The notes under the pieces were generated by a model. The model was not told where the DNA came from. It ran no database searches and worked only from the letters and a program-made list of their open reading frames with translations. DNA of 25,367 nt from a virus. Lineage: Duplodnaviria; Caudoviricetes. How positions within the stretch are numbered: the first letter of the stretch is position 1; each line of letters opens with the position of its first letter. Shown here piece after piece: positions 1 to 6,858 of this stretch. A program made the translations under genes and the position numbers. Location: IMG/VR virus record IMGVR_UViG_3300017653_000011, positions 1 to 25,367 of that record; one strand, written 5' to 3'.

Positions 1-2
1 GA

Positions 3-242
3 GTGACGGAGTTGACCATGCTCATGAATTTCTACAGCTGGAACGATGATGAGAAGCAGCTTCGAGTCTACTGCCGAGAATCAGGCGGTATTGTCTACGA
101 GTGCTGTTACGCGAACTTCCGTGAGGCGAAGAAGGTCGCCGATGCCTTCGTGCAGATGTACGACCAGGGCAAGCGCCACGGAAAGCTGCTCGCCACTGAA
201 GAGGTGCGGCGAACGCTTGACCACATCGATGCTCCGTTCTGA
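3..242 (+). CDS. Hypothetical phage early-region protein (start uncertain, may extend beyond window)
   Basis: 79-aa ORF co-directional with the xis/int run; plausible composition; no family recognised. Confidence 0.6.
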   Translation: MTELTMLMNFYSWNDDEKQLRVYCRESGGIVYECCYANFREAKKVADAFVQMYDQGKRHGKLLATEEVRRTLDHIDAPF

Positions 243-262
243 ATTGCTGACCGGAGTAGCAA

Positions 263-610
263 ATGGGAATGTTTGATTACATCACGCACGAAGGCCGGCG
301 ATACCAGACGAAGGACACGCCGGACCAATATCTCAGCGAATACCGGATCGTGAATGGCCGGTTGCTGGGTGACGAATGGCACACCGAGAGCGTTCCCAAG
401 GCAGAGCGTCCACACCCCGACGCGCCGGACGACTCGTTTCTGGCGCTCGTCGGCTGCATGCGTCGGGTGATCGACAAGGCCGACATTGACCTCAACTGGC
501 ACGGCTACATCGATATGGTTCCGGACATCGGTGATGACGATGACGCCGACTACCGGGCCAAATTCACCGACGGGAACCTAGTCTCTTTCGAGAGACTCTC
601 GCAGACCTAG
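263..610 (+). CDS. Hypothetical phage protein (MGMFDY...YQTKD...Y.A.FTDG type)
   Basis: GGAG RBS upstream of ATG; the MGMFD N-terminus, QTKD motif and C-terminal AKFTDG resemble a recurrent uncharacterised phage family. Confidence 0.75.
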   Translation: MGMFDYITHEGRRYQTKDTPDQYLSEYRIVNGRLLGDEWHTESVPKAERPHPDAPDDSFLALVGCMRRVIDKADIDLNWHGYIDMVPDIGDDDDADYRAKFTDGNLVSFERLSQT

Positions 611-622
611 CTCGCTGCTCTC

Positions 623-964
623 ATGATCGCCGACTTCAAAACTCTGCAGACACTCGCTGGCGCCAAGAAGCCAGGCGCGGTGAAGGCATGGCTGGCCCGC
701 AACCGCATCAAGTACTTTATTGACAGCAAGGGTCATCCGTCCACTACCCTCTCCGCCCTTGATCACGCGCTACAGCGCCGTGGTCAATCGATCACCGAAC
801 CAAATTTCGATTTGCCAACATGGGACAGCTCACCTGCGGAATCTCCATCCCCGGCGTCTACGAGAAGGACGGCCGTTACTACAAGGTCATCAAAAACAAG
901 TGGCACCCTCTCACGCGGATCGATGAAGGGACCAACGTCCTCTTCCGAGCCCTCCACGAGCTAG
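623..964 (+). CDS. DUF4224-like small DNA-binding protein / probable excisionase (RDF)
   Basis: LQTLAGAKKPGAVKAWLARNRIKYFIDSKGHP...EPNFD pattern; immediately upstream of, and overlapping, the integrase. Confidence 0.65.
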   Translation: MIADFKTLQTLAGAKKPGAVKAWLARNRIKYFIDSKGHPSTTLSALDHALQRRGQSITEPNFDLPTWDSSPAESPSPASTRRTAVTTRSSKTSGTLSRGSMKGPTSSSEPSTS

Positions 965-1740
965 ACCCGCTCAAGCCTAGCACAGTCGGCGAGCTCCTGA
1001 ACCTCTACCGTGCCGTTGGGATGGACCATCTGGCGCCCGCGTCTAAAGAGGATTACCTGAACATCCTCAAGCGGCTGGATCACCACTTCGGGCACATGCC
1101 ACTCGGGTCACTGAAGACGAGCCACATCGCGCACTTCAAAGAGGTTCGCCGGCGCAAAGGCCGTGGCGGGGTGCGCGCGAACCGGGAAGTCGCCGTGCTC
1201 TCGGCTGCATTCGAGCTTGGCCTCCGCGAAATGGTGGTCGAGGTGAATCCTTGCCGCGGCAGCGCTCGCAACCGGGAAAGCCCGAAGCGACGCGTGGTCA
1301 CTGACGAGGAATTCTTGGATGTATTTGAGCGCTCCAATGAGCCGTTCCAGGACCTGATCGCCGCGGCCTATCTCTCGGGCGCCAGGCAGACCGATATCAT
1401 CTCCTGGAAGCGCTCAGAGCACCTGACGCCGAAAGGCATCGACTATGTCGAGAGCAAGACCGGCAAGCCCCACCTGAAAGAGTGGTCGAAGGCCCTGCAC
1501 TTCTTCGTCGAACGGGCCGCGGTTCGATTCCCAGATGCGGACCTTGTCTTCACAAACACTCGAGGCGAGCCGTGGACCACGTCCGGCATCGCGAGCCAGT
1601 TGGCGCGCCTCAAGTCGCCCTGGTGCTTCAAGGATCTGAGGGCGAAGGCGCAGACTGATGCTAAGCATTCGGTGCTGGGCCACAATGCCGTGATGGAGGC
1701 GGTCTACCGGAAGAAGCTCATCACGCAACCGGTGCGGTAA
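820..1740 (+). CDS. int: Tyrosine recombinase / phage integrase
   Basis: Catalytic motifs YLSGARQTDI (R), SKTG (K), FKDLRAKA (K in place of H in HxxR), LGH and the downstream Tyr (AVY); ANREVAVLS...NPC core-binding motif; adjacent to a tRNA-derived att core. Confidence 0.95.
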   Translation: MGQLTCGISIPGVYEKDGRYYKVIKNKWHPLTRIDEGTNVLFRALHELDPLKPSTVGELLNLYRAVGMDHLAPASKEDYLNILKRLDHHFGHMPLGSLKTSHIAHFKEVRRRKGRGGVRANREVAVLSAAFELGLREMVVEVNPCRGSARNRESPKRRVVTDEEFLDVFERSNEPFQDLIAAAYLSGARQTDIISWKRSEHLTPKGIDYVESKTGKPHLKEWSKALHFFVERAAVRFPDADLVFTNTRGEPWTTSGIASQLARLKSPWCFKDLRAKAQTDAKHSVLGHNAVMEAVYRKKLITQPVR

Positions 1741-1936
1741 CTTAGAGAGTACTTGGCTTTTCTTAGAGGATTTGTGGTAGATTCGTCGGTAATTAGAGGC
1801 AGGGGCGTTGGACTGTTAATCCGTTGGTCGCTGGTTCGAGTCCGGCCCGGGGAGCCATCCTTAGACGCCTTCGTCTCTAAGACACCCAATAGTTTCTGGC
1901 TGAAAAACGCCGGAAAACAACAGCGGTCTTAGAGGG
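1741..1936. repeat. TTAGAG-type repeats flanking the att core (putative integrase arm-type sites)
   Basis: CTTAGAGA 1741, TCTTAGAGGA 1761, TTAGAGGC 1793, CTTAGACG 1860, inverted TCTCTAAGA 1874-1882, TCTTAGAGGG 1927. Confidence 0.7.
1810..1857 (+). mobile_element. attP: Attachment-site core (probable attP): 3' portion of tRNA-Asn(GTT)
   Basis: GGA-CTGTTAA-TCC anticodon arm, T-arm GCTGG-TTCGAGT-CCGGC, acceptor 3' strand CCGGGGA-G-CCA. No 5' acceptor strand (TCCCCGG) or D-arm upstream. Phage genes lie on both sides. Confidence 0.88.
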
Positions 1937-1941
1937 GATTT

Positions 1942-2214
1942 ATGGCTCTTCCTAATGAGCATGTCAGCGTCCCGACCAAGCATCTGACCCCCACCTGGTG
2001 GGACAATCTCAGCCACGAGGTGGCCCTCATCTGGCTCTGGGTGGCCGTGCCCGCGCTCATCGCGGCAGTGGTGGGGGCGATCTATTGGGAGCAGCGCAAA
2101 GTGCGCGCCGTGCTGGCGGCTGGGCAGTACTATTGCCACCGTTGCCGGCGGGGCACCAGCTGGAGCGAGGACAAGTCGAAGTGCCTGGAGTGCCCGGCCG
2201 AGCCGGTGATCTGA
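1942..2214 (+). CDS. Small membrane protein with C-terminal zinc ribbon (moron-like)
   Basis: GAGGGG RBS; one TM helix (VALIWLWVAVPALIAAVVGAIYW) followed by CHRC...CLEC. Confidence 0.65.
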   Translation: MALPNEHVSVPTKHLTPTWWDNLSHEVALIWLWVAVPALIAAVVGAIYWEQRKVRAVLAAGQYYCHRCRRGTSWSEDKSKCLECPAEPVI

Positions 2215-2232
2215 ACAGAGTTAGGCATGGAA

Positions 2233-2314
2233 GCAAGCAAGATTAATCAATATGCTTGCATGTGCTCCAGCATGCATGCTCAAATGCAAGCATCACATCA
2301 CCGGATGCTTGCAT
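2233..2314. promoter_or_regulatory. Twin inverted-repeat operators GCAAGCA-N13-TGCTTGC with a central palindrome
   Basis: Copies at 2233-2259 and 2286-2312 (the second extends to a perfect 11-bp IR, 2284-2294/2304-2314); AGCATGCATGCT palindrome at 2269-2280. Confidence 0.7.
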
Positions 2315-3335
2315 GTCAACCGATACGACCACCGGACGCGCTCGCGGCGGCATGGCCCGGGCCCGCAACCTCTCCCCAGAGCGCAGAAGTGAAATAGCGC
2401 GTCTCGCGGCGCTGGCCCGGAAGGACGCGAGAGGCTCGTTGCCAAGAGCTATCAAATCCGGCCAGCTCAGGATCGGCAGGTTGACCATCCCGTGCTGCGT
2501 ACTAGATGACGGCCGTCGAATACTCTCAGAGCGCGGCATCACGAATGCATTCTTCCCTACCCGCCCGAACGGTAGGCAGTTTGATTTGGCCGCTGGCGCC
2601 GAATTGCCGGTTTTCGTCGCTCAGAATGAGCTTAGACCTTTGATCGATATGGATTATTGGGGTGGCGCCGGTTCACCGATCCACTACATGGACGAGGATA
2701 GGGAGTTCGTTGGATTCGAGGCGTCGGTCCTGCCTGCGGCATGCGAGGTGTGGCTGAAGGCCCGGGATGAAGGGTTACTGAAAGGCCGCCAGGGAAGTCG
2801 GGCAATACAGGCCGAGATCGTGATGCGCGCGCTGGCGCAGATCGGCATCGTCGCGCTGGTAGACGAGGCAACTGGCTACCAAGAGATTAGGCCGCAAGAT
2901 GCACTCCAACAGTATCTCGAAGCCATCATCAGTAAGGAGCTTGCAGTCTGGGTCAAGAAGTTCCCCGATGAATTCTACGAGAACATATACAAACTGCGCG
3001 GATGGAAGTGGACGGGAATGAGCAAGAACCGTTACAGCGTCGTTGCTCATTACACTCGTGATCTCGTTTATGAGCGCATGGCTCCAGGATTACTCAAGGA
3101 ACTCGAACAGAAGAGCCCGAGGGACGAGAACGGTCAGCGCAACAATAAGCTGCATCAATGGCTGACGGGTGATATCGGTGACCCAATGTTGGCAAGTCAC
3201 CTGCAATCGATTCTGACTCTGCAGCGCCTCGCGATCGCCAATAATTGGGGCTGGCAGAAGTTCATGGGCACGGTGGATAAGGTTATGAAGAAGAAGGGTG
3301 ATTCGCTCGACCTTCCTTTCCAGTTCGCCGATTGA
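2313..3335 (+). CDS. P63C-domain phage regulatory protein
   Basis: N-terminal GRARGGMARARNLSPERRSEIARLAA motif, IPCCVLDDGRRILS, GIVALVDEATGYQ, W.KKFPDEFY and KLHQWLT are typical of P63C proteins. The ATG at 2313 is preferred because 2256-2312 is operator sequence. Confidence 0.88.
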   Translation: MSTDTTTGRARGGMARARNLSPERRSEIARLAALARKDARGSLPRAIKSGQLRIGRLTIPCCVLDDGRRILSERGITNAFFPTRPNGRQFDLAAGAELPVFVAQNELRPLIDMDYWGGAGSPIHYMDEDREFVGFEASVLPAACEVWLKARDEGLLKGRQGSRAIQAEIVMRALAQIGIVALVDEATGYQEIRPQDALQQYLEAIISKELAVWVKKFPDEFYENIYKLRGWKWTGMSKNRYSVVAHYTRDLVYERMAPGLLKELEQKSPRDENGQRNNKLHQWLTGDIGDPMLASHLQSILTLQRLAIANNWGWQKFMGTVDKVMKKKGDSLDLPFQFAD

Positions 3336-3577
3336 CAAAGCCTGTGCCCGCCCCCGACATCCAGCCCATCATCGGCGCCCTCGCCCAATGCATCCTCATG
3401 CAAGAGCGCTGGGCCGCGGGGTGCCTGTACCTGCACGACGCCGGCGATGACGAGGCAGCTCTAGAGGCAATGGCCGAATCCGACCGGTGGCGCGACCGGG
3501 CGGCGGCGATTGAGCAGTTTATGCGGATGCGTGGCGCGAGGTCGCAGCGTCCAGCCGAGCCTCAGACGCCAACGTAA
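3332..3577 (+). CDS. Hypothetical protein
   Basis: TTGA overlap with the P63C stop; helical composition; 3' end overlaps the convergent last lysis-region gene. Confidence 0.45.
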   Translation: MTKPVPAPDIQPIIGALAQCILMQERWAAGCLYLHDAGDDEAALEAMAESDRWRDRAAAIEQFMRMRGARSQRPAEPQTPT

Positions 3578-3713
3578 TCGCCCGAACCTGAGCTTTCTCC
3601 TCGTCGGTGAGATCGTCGCGCCCTTCCGCCCGCGCCTGCTGGACGATAGTTGCCAGGGTGTTGATATGCGCCGTCGCCTGGACGATCAGCGCGAGTACGT
3701 CAACGACGTTCAT
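3519..3713 (-). CDS. Small amphipathic lysis-cassette protein (64 aa)
   Basis: ATG at 3713 overlaps the stop of the upstream lipoprotein gene (ATGA); sequence MNVVDVLALIVQATAHINTLATIVQQARAEGR... Confidence 0.7.
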   Translation of the reverse strand: MNVVDVLALIVQATAHINTLATIVQQARAEGRDDLTDEEKAQVRAITLASEARLDAATSRHASA

Positions 3714-4075
3714 GGGCGGCTCCGTTGCATGAGATAGGCGCAGTTGGGCTCGGTCGGTCGGTCCCCGCAGAGCAGATCCTGAGCGGCGCGAAGAAGCTCG
3801 AGCGCATCTGTCAGTGCATTCTCGCCAAGCTGCCCTGAGAGCGTACTGGCCGTATCGACCGTTTCGCGGGCTGCCTTGGTTTTCGCCAACACCTCGCGGC
3901 CGTCTTCCTTCGACACGGTGCCGGCGTTGACCAGGATGGTCGCGGTGTCGTTCGTGATGCTCAGGCCGGTATATGCAGCAGCAACACGCTCGCCGAACGA
4001 CTTCGGCGCGGGAATACCGAGCGTTGCGCACCCGGCTAGGATCAGCAGGCTACACGCCAGAATCTTGCGAATCAT
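3710..4075 (-). CDS. Lysis-cassette lipoprotein (possible spanin-like)
   Basis: Signal peptide II with lipobox LAGC (Cys16); helical mature region with a C-terminal Cys pair; AGGAG RBS; downstream of the endolysin. Confidence 0.75.
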   Translation of the reverse strand: MIRKILACSLLILAGCATLGIPAPKSFGERVAAAYTGLSITNDTATILVNAGTVSKEDGREVLAKTKAARETVDTASTLSGQLGENALTDALELLRAAQDLLCGDRPTEPNCAYLMQRSRP

Positions 4076-4289
4076 CGTCCTCTCCTTTCGGCGGCACAGG
4101 GAGTGCCTGAATGCGTCGAATCACCACCGCGGCGATGCCGATCAGCGACAGCACGCGGCCGGCGGCCTCCGGGCTGAGCCATGAGAGCAGCACGTCCGAC
4201 TGCGCCTGCACCTCGCCGATCACAACAAGCAGTAAGCCGCCGGCAACGATCGGATCGCTGAGCTGGGCTTTCAGAGTCTTCCAGGTCAT
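4050..4289 (-). CDS. Two-TM holin-like membrane protein
   Basis: Two hydrophobic segments; ATG 4289 lies just after the endolysin stop, with a GAGGG RBS. Confidence 0.65.
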   Translation of the reverse strand: MTWKTLKAQLSDPIVAGGLLLVVIGEVQAQSDVLLSWLSPEAAGRVLSLIGIAAVVIRRIQALPVPPKGEDDDSQDSGV

Positions 4290-4290
4290 G

Positions 4291-4632
4291 TCATGCCCTC
4301 TTCCCATCAGGGGTCAGTGAATAGTGGTTTCCGTCGTTGAATCGGCCGCCCCACCGGCAGTCAGGGTGCAACTTCTCCCACCACTGGCCGAGTTGGCGGT
4401 GGTCTTCGGTGCTGCCAAGGTAACGGCCGTCTTTGAACAGGTTCAGATCGATGGCGAGCCGGTCACAGTGAAGGCTGCTCTTCGTGCCCTTCCCGGCCTT
4501 GGCGTTGAGAATGGCTTGTTCCTGTGTTCTGTAGGTCTCACCAAACGAGAGTTCGTACCCCATCTCCGTCGCCTTCTGGATCAGCTGAGCGACCAGCCTC
4601 ACGAAGAGCGATTGACGTTCGCGTAGAGTCAC
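4291..4632 (-). CDS. Endolysin, M15-family Zn peptidase (L-Ala-D-Glu type)
   Basis: SLHCDRLAIDLNL (SxHxxxxAxD) and WGGRFNDGNHYS motifs; GETYRTQEQA; likely GTG start at 4632 (MTLRERQ). Confidence 0.9.
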   Translation of the reverse strand: MTLRERQSLFVRLVAQLIQKATEMGYELSFGETYRTQEQAILNAKAGKGTKSSLHCDRLAIDLNLFKDGRYLGSTEDHRQLGQWWEKLHPDCRWGGRFNDGNHYSLTPDGKRA

Positions 4633-4684
4633 GGTGGCACCATCCGAAAGGAGCACAGAGCGATGAACATTGTGAGAATTTCGA

Positions 4685-4879
4685 TCATCTGATCGGCTCC
4701 TTACCCATCAGCCGGCGCACGGTATCTGTCTCATAGATCCGAATCGCCATCCACACGATGGACAGGATGGCCGCAATGTGCGGAAGCCAGCCCAAAAAGG
4801 TTGCCACAACGGTCCCGATTGAAACGCCATCCAGGGCCGGCTTTACCGCATCAGTGATGTGATCTATCTCACGCTGCAT
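4685..4879 (-). CDS. Putative holin
   Basis: 64 aa, hydrophobic core (GTVVATFLGWLPHIAAILSIVWMAIRIY), charged C-tail, directly upstream of the endolysin. Confidence 0.7.
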   Translation of the reverse strand: MQREIDHITDAVKPALDGVSIGTVVATFLGWLPHIAAILSIVWMAIRIYETDTVRRLMGKEPIR

Positions 4880-4944
4880 ACGTTTTTTAAGTTAAAAACA
4901 TGGAATGAGATGAAGAACATAGCTACTCTCAGAACTTCTTAAAA

Positions 4945-5298
4945 ATGAGGTCTACCGCGATCATGGAATGTTCCTTATTCGCCCTCATCGCCTGTTTTTC
5001 CTGGTCCAATCTCTATATCGACAACCAGATCAGCTACCAAGACCGATCTTTGCCGAGACACTACTGGAAGGATGTGAGTCCGCCTGCGGGCCCCACAGGC
5101 GCAGCAGAAACAGCCTATGTGGCTACCATAGAGAACGAGAATCAGAATCCGTATTACCGTGGAGCAATTGGCATCAAGCTGCCGTTCCGATCCATTGACC
5201 TCTCAGCGGAGGTTTTCCACGATTCGAGCGTTGCCACGAAACGGGATCGCGGCGTGAATGGCGTTGCGATTAGGGCGACGTGGTTTCCATTCCGCTAG
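4945..5298 (+). CDS. Moron: exported beta-strand-rich protein with PagL-like HxS signature (start 4945 or 4963)
   Basis: Hydrophobic N-terminus, alternating beta-strand pattern, FHDSS...DRGVN motif, aromatic C-terminus (ATWFPFR); antisense to the late operon behind an AT-rich spacer. Confidence 0.6.
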   Translation: MRSTAIMECSLFALIACFSWSNLYIDNQISYQDRSLPRHYWKDVSPPAGPTGAAETAYVATIENENQNPYYRGAIGIKLPFRSIDLSAEVFHDSSVATKRDRGVNGVAIRATWFPFR

Positions 5299-5699
5299 AG
5301 AACGATGTAGATCGCCCTTGGCGACGGCGATGTTGATGTCCAGGCCAGATCAGTTCCTGTTCCCCACGTCCATATGCTGTTAGCAGGCCCGCTTGTAAAT
5401 GCACTGACGTTCTGTTGACTATATTGCGTCCATGCTCCGTTCGTCCTCTGAACCATGACATACTGAAAATATGTCTGAGCCACGACTCCATTCAAAGCAA
5501 GATTGAAGTTGTACTGACCGCCTTTGCTTGAAACATCGATTAATGTTAAGCCTCTGAACAAAGATGGAGATATCGCGCCAGATGGCACAGAACCTGAGTT
5601 ATATCCGTAGGTACTTGCAACTCCACCAACGTTCGCAATAGTGACTGAGTAACTAGCCTTGTTTCCACCTGCCACCATCACATTCAGCACGCCGCTCAT
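5295..5699 (-). CDS. Small tail-tip / receptor-binding-type protein
   Basis: ATGA-coupled to the tail gene; Gly/Ser/Thr/aromatic-rich beta composition (YGYNSGSVPSGAISP); visibly AT-richer than its neighbours. Confidence 0.65.
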   Translation of the reverse strand: MSGVLNVMVAGGNKASYSVTIANVGGVASTYGYNSGSVPSGAISPSLFRGLTLIDVSSKGGQYNFNLALNGVVAQTYFQYVMVQRTNGAWTQYSQQNVSAFTSGPANSIWTWGTGTDLAWTSTSPSPRAIYIVL

Positions 5700-6346
5700 G
5701 ACAGGCCTGACCCACTGGCAACCCAATCGTTGGTGGCGATCTTCAGCAAAGTTGCAACGCTATATAGCCCAGCACCGCCGGCCAGTGTCCTCGTGCCGGT
5801 GGTACTGGTGCCAGCTAGGGTGATGGTCACTCCAACGCCCTGCGCGATAAACATGTTGCCAGCACCGTTCTGGTTAACGATTGTCACAACCGTGCCTACC
5901 GGGAAAGCCACTGATGAGTTTGGCGGGACAGTAACTGTTGTCCCGCTCGACGTGTTGGCGATGTACTTGCCGGCGTCGGTCAGTACCAACGTGTAGTTGC
6001 CCTGGGAGTTCTGAGGCAATCCTTTGTAACCCACCTCATCCGCCGTCGTGTTGTCGGTCGTCAGTGAGCCATTGATTGTGATCGGGCCTGCAATCGGCAC
6101 ATTGGGGTTTTGCCACCAATCGCGCGTGATGAGGTCAGTTCCCGCGGTGGGCGCGCCTGCGTTTACCGCACGGAAACCGCCTAGATCGAAATTGGCCAAC
6201 ATCCCGCCGCGGCCCGTTCGATCAAGTGAATCAGTCAACGCTTGACCGGCGTCCGAGAAGTTCGTGTTGACCTGGGAGGACGAAATGACGGTATTCGGCG
6301 TGAACGTGTTCGGGACGGTATAGACGCCCGCGCTATTCCTAGGAAT
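5696..6346 (-). CDS. Short tail fibre/tailspike-anchor protein (216 aa), non-canonical ATT start
   Basis: The frame is open 36 codons upstream of the track's TTG (6238): (I)PRNSAGVYTVPNTFTPNTVISSSQVNTNFSD..., a typical podoviral tail N-terminus. AGGAG lies 8 nt before ATT 6346. The C-terminal YTLVLTDAGK...TVTVPPNSSVAFPVGT...ATLLKIATNDW domain is common in tail proteins. Confidence 0.8.
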   Translation of the reverse strand: MPRNSAGVYTVPNTFTPNTVISSSQVNTNFSDAGQALTDSLDRTGRGGMLANFDLGGFRAVNAGAPTAGTDLITRDWWQNPNVPIAGPITINGSLTTDNTTADEVGYKGLPQNSQGNYTLVLTDAGKYIANTSSGTTVTVPPNSSVAFPVGTVVTIVNQNGAGNMFIAQGVGVTITLAGTSTTGTRTLAGGAGLYSVATLLKIATNDWVASGSGLS

Positions 6347-6433
6347 GGCCGTGTCTCCTATGCAGTTATGTGAAATTAGTCACTATCGCTTGGTCGGTCC
6401 GAGCGCTACGATCCGGGGCCGGAGGATCCAACA

Positions 6434-6715
6434 ATGAACAAGGTCGTCATCCTGGCTGCTGCGCTGCTTCTTGCTGGCTGCATCACTCACAAGCCGGTGG
6501 CGTTGCCCAGTGGGGAACAGGGTTTAGCGATCAACTGTCCTGGCGCTGATCGAAGCATTGCTGACTGTATGAGCCACGCGGCGAAGGTCTGTGATGGCCC
6601 TTACGAGATCATCCACAGCGACGGCTCGCGCAGTAGCGGCACGGTAGTTCCTGTTGGAACGAGCGCCATGTGGGTGTCGAGCGTCCAGCGCACTCTCATC
6701 GTGAGCTGCAAGTGA
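6434..6715 (+). CDS. Moron lipoprotein
   Basis: GGAGG RBS; lipobox LAGC (Cys16); four more Cys; antisense to the late operon. Confidence 0.85.
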   Translation: MNKVVILAAALLLAGCITHKPVALPSGEQGLAINCPGADRSIADCMSHAAKVCDGPYEIIHSDGSRSSGTVVPVGTSAMWVSSVQRTLIVSCK

Positions 6716-6858
6716 AAGACTGGGCACTGGCGCTACTGCTGAAGCCATTCATCTCGATGGCGATCATGGTTCCAGTCGCTATCGTGGCGCGATTGATGTT
6801 CCGGCGAATGCCAGAGGGAAAAGCAAAGCGCCTACTCTTTCGCCGAATTGGCCCCTGA
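6712..6858 (+). CDS. Small single-TM membrane protein (48 aa)
   Basis: GTGA overlap with the lipoprotein stop; MKDWALALLLKPFISMAIMVPVAIVARLMFRR with a basic tail. Confidence 0.65.
   Translation: MKDWALALLLKPFISMAIMVPVAIVARLMFRRMPEGKAKRLLFRRIGP

Noticed and set aside
1782-1857. Complete phage-encoded tRNA-Asn gene
   Set aside because: Only the anticodon loop, T-arm and 3' acceptor strand are present; the upstream sequence cannot form the 5' acceptor strand or D-arm, so it is an att core.
1741-1936. CRISPR-like array from the TTAGAG repeats
   Set aside because: Repeats are only 6-10 bp, irregularly spaced and of mixed orientation; no cas genes.
2256-2312. N-terminal extension of the P63C ORF (MHVLQHACSN...)
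   Set aside because: It is the translation of the operator repeats; the family-like sequence starts at ATG 2313.
3714-4031. Arg-rich 5' part of the 170-aa ORF 3519..4031
   Set aside because: Alternative-frame overlap with the lipoprotein gene; no lipobox, so not an embedded Rz1; the coupled ATG at 3713 is the better start.
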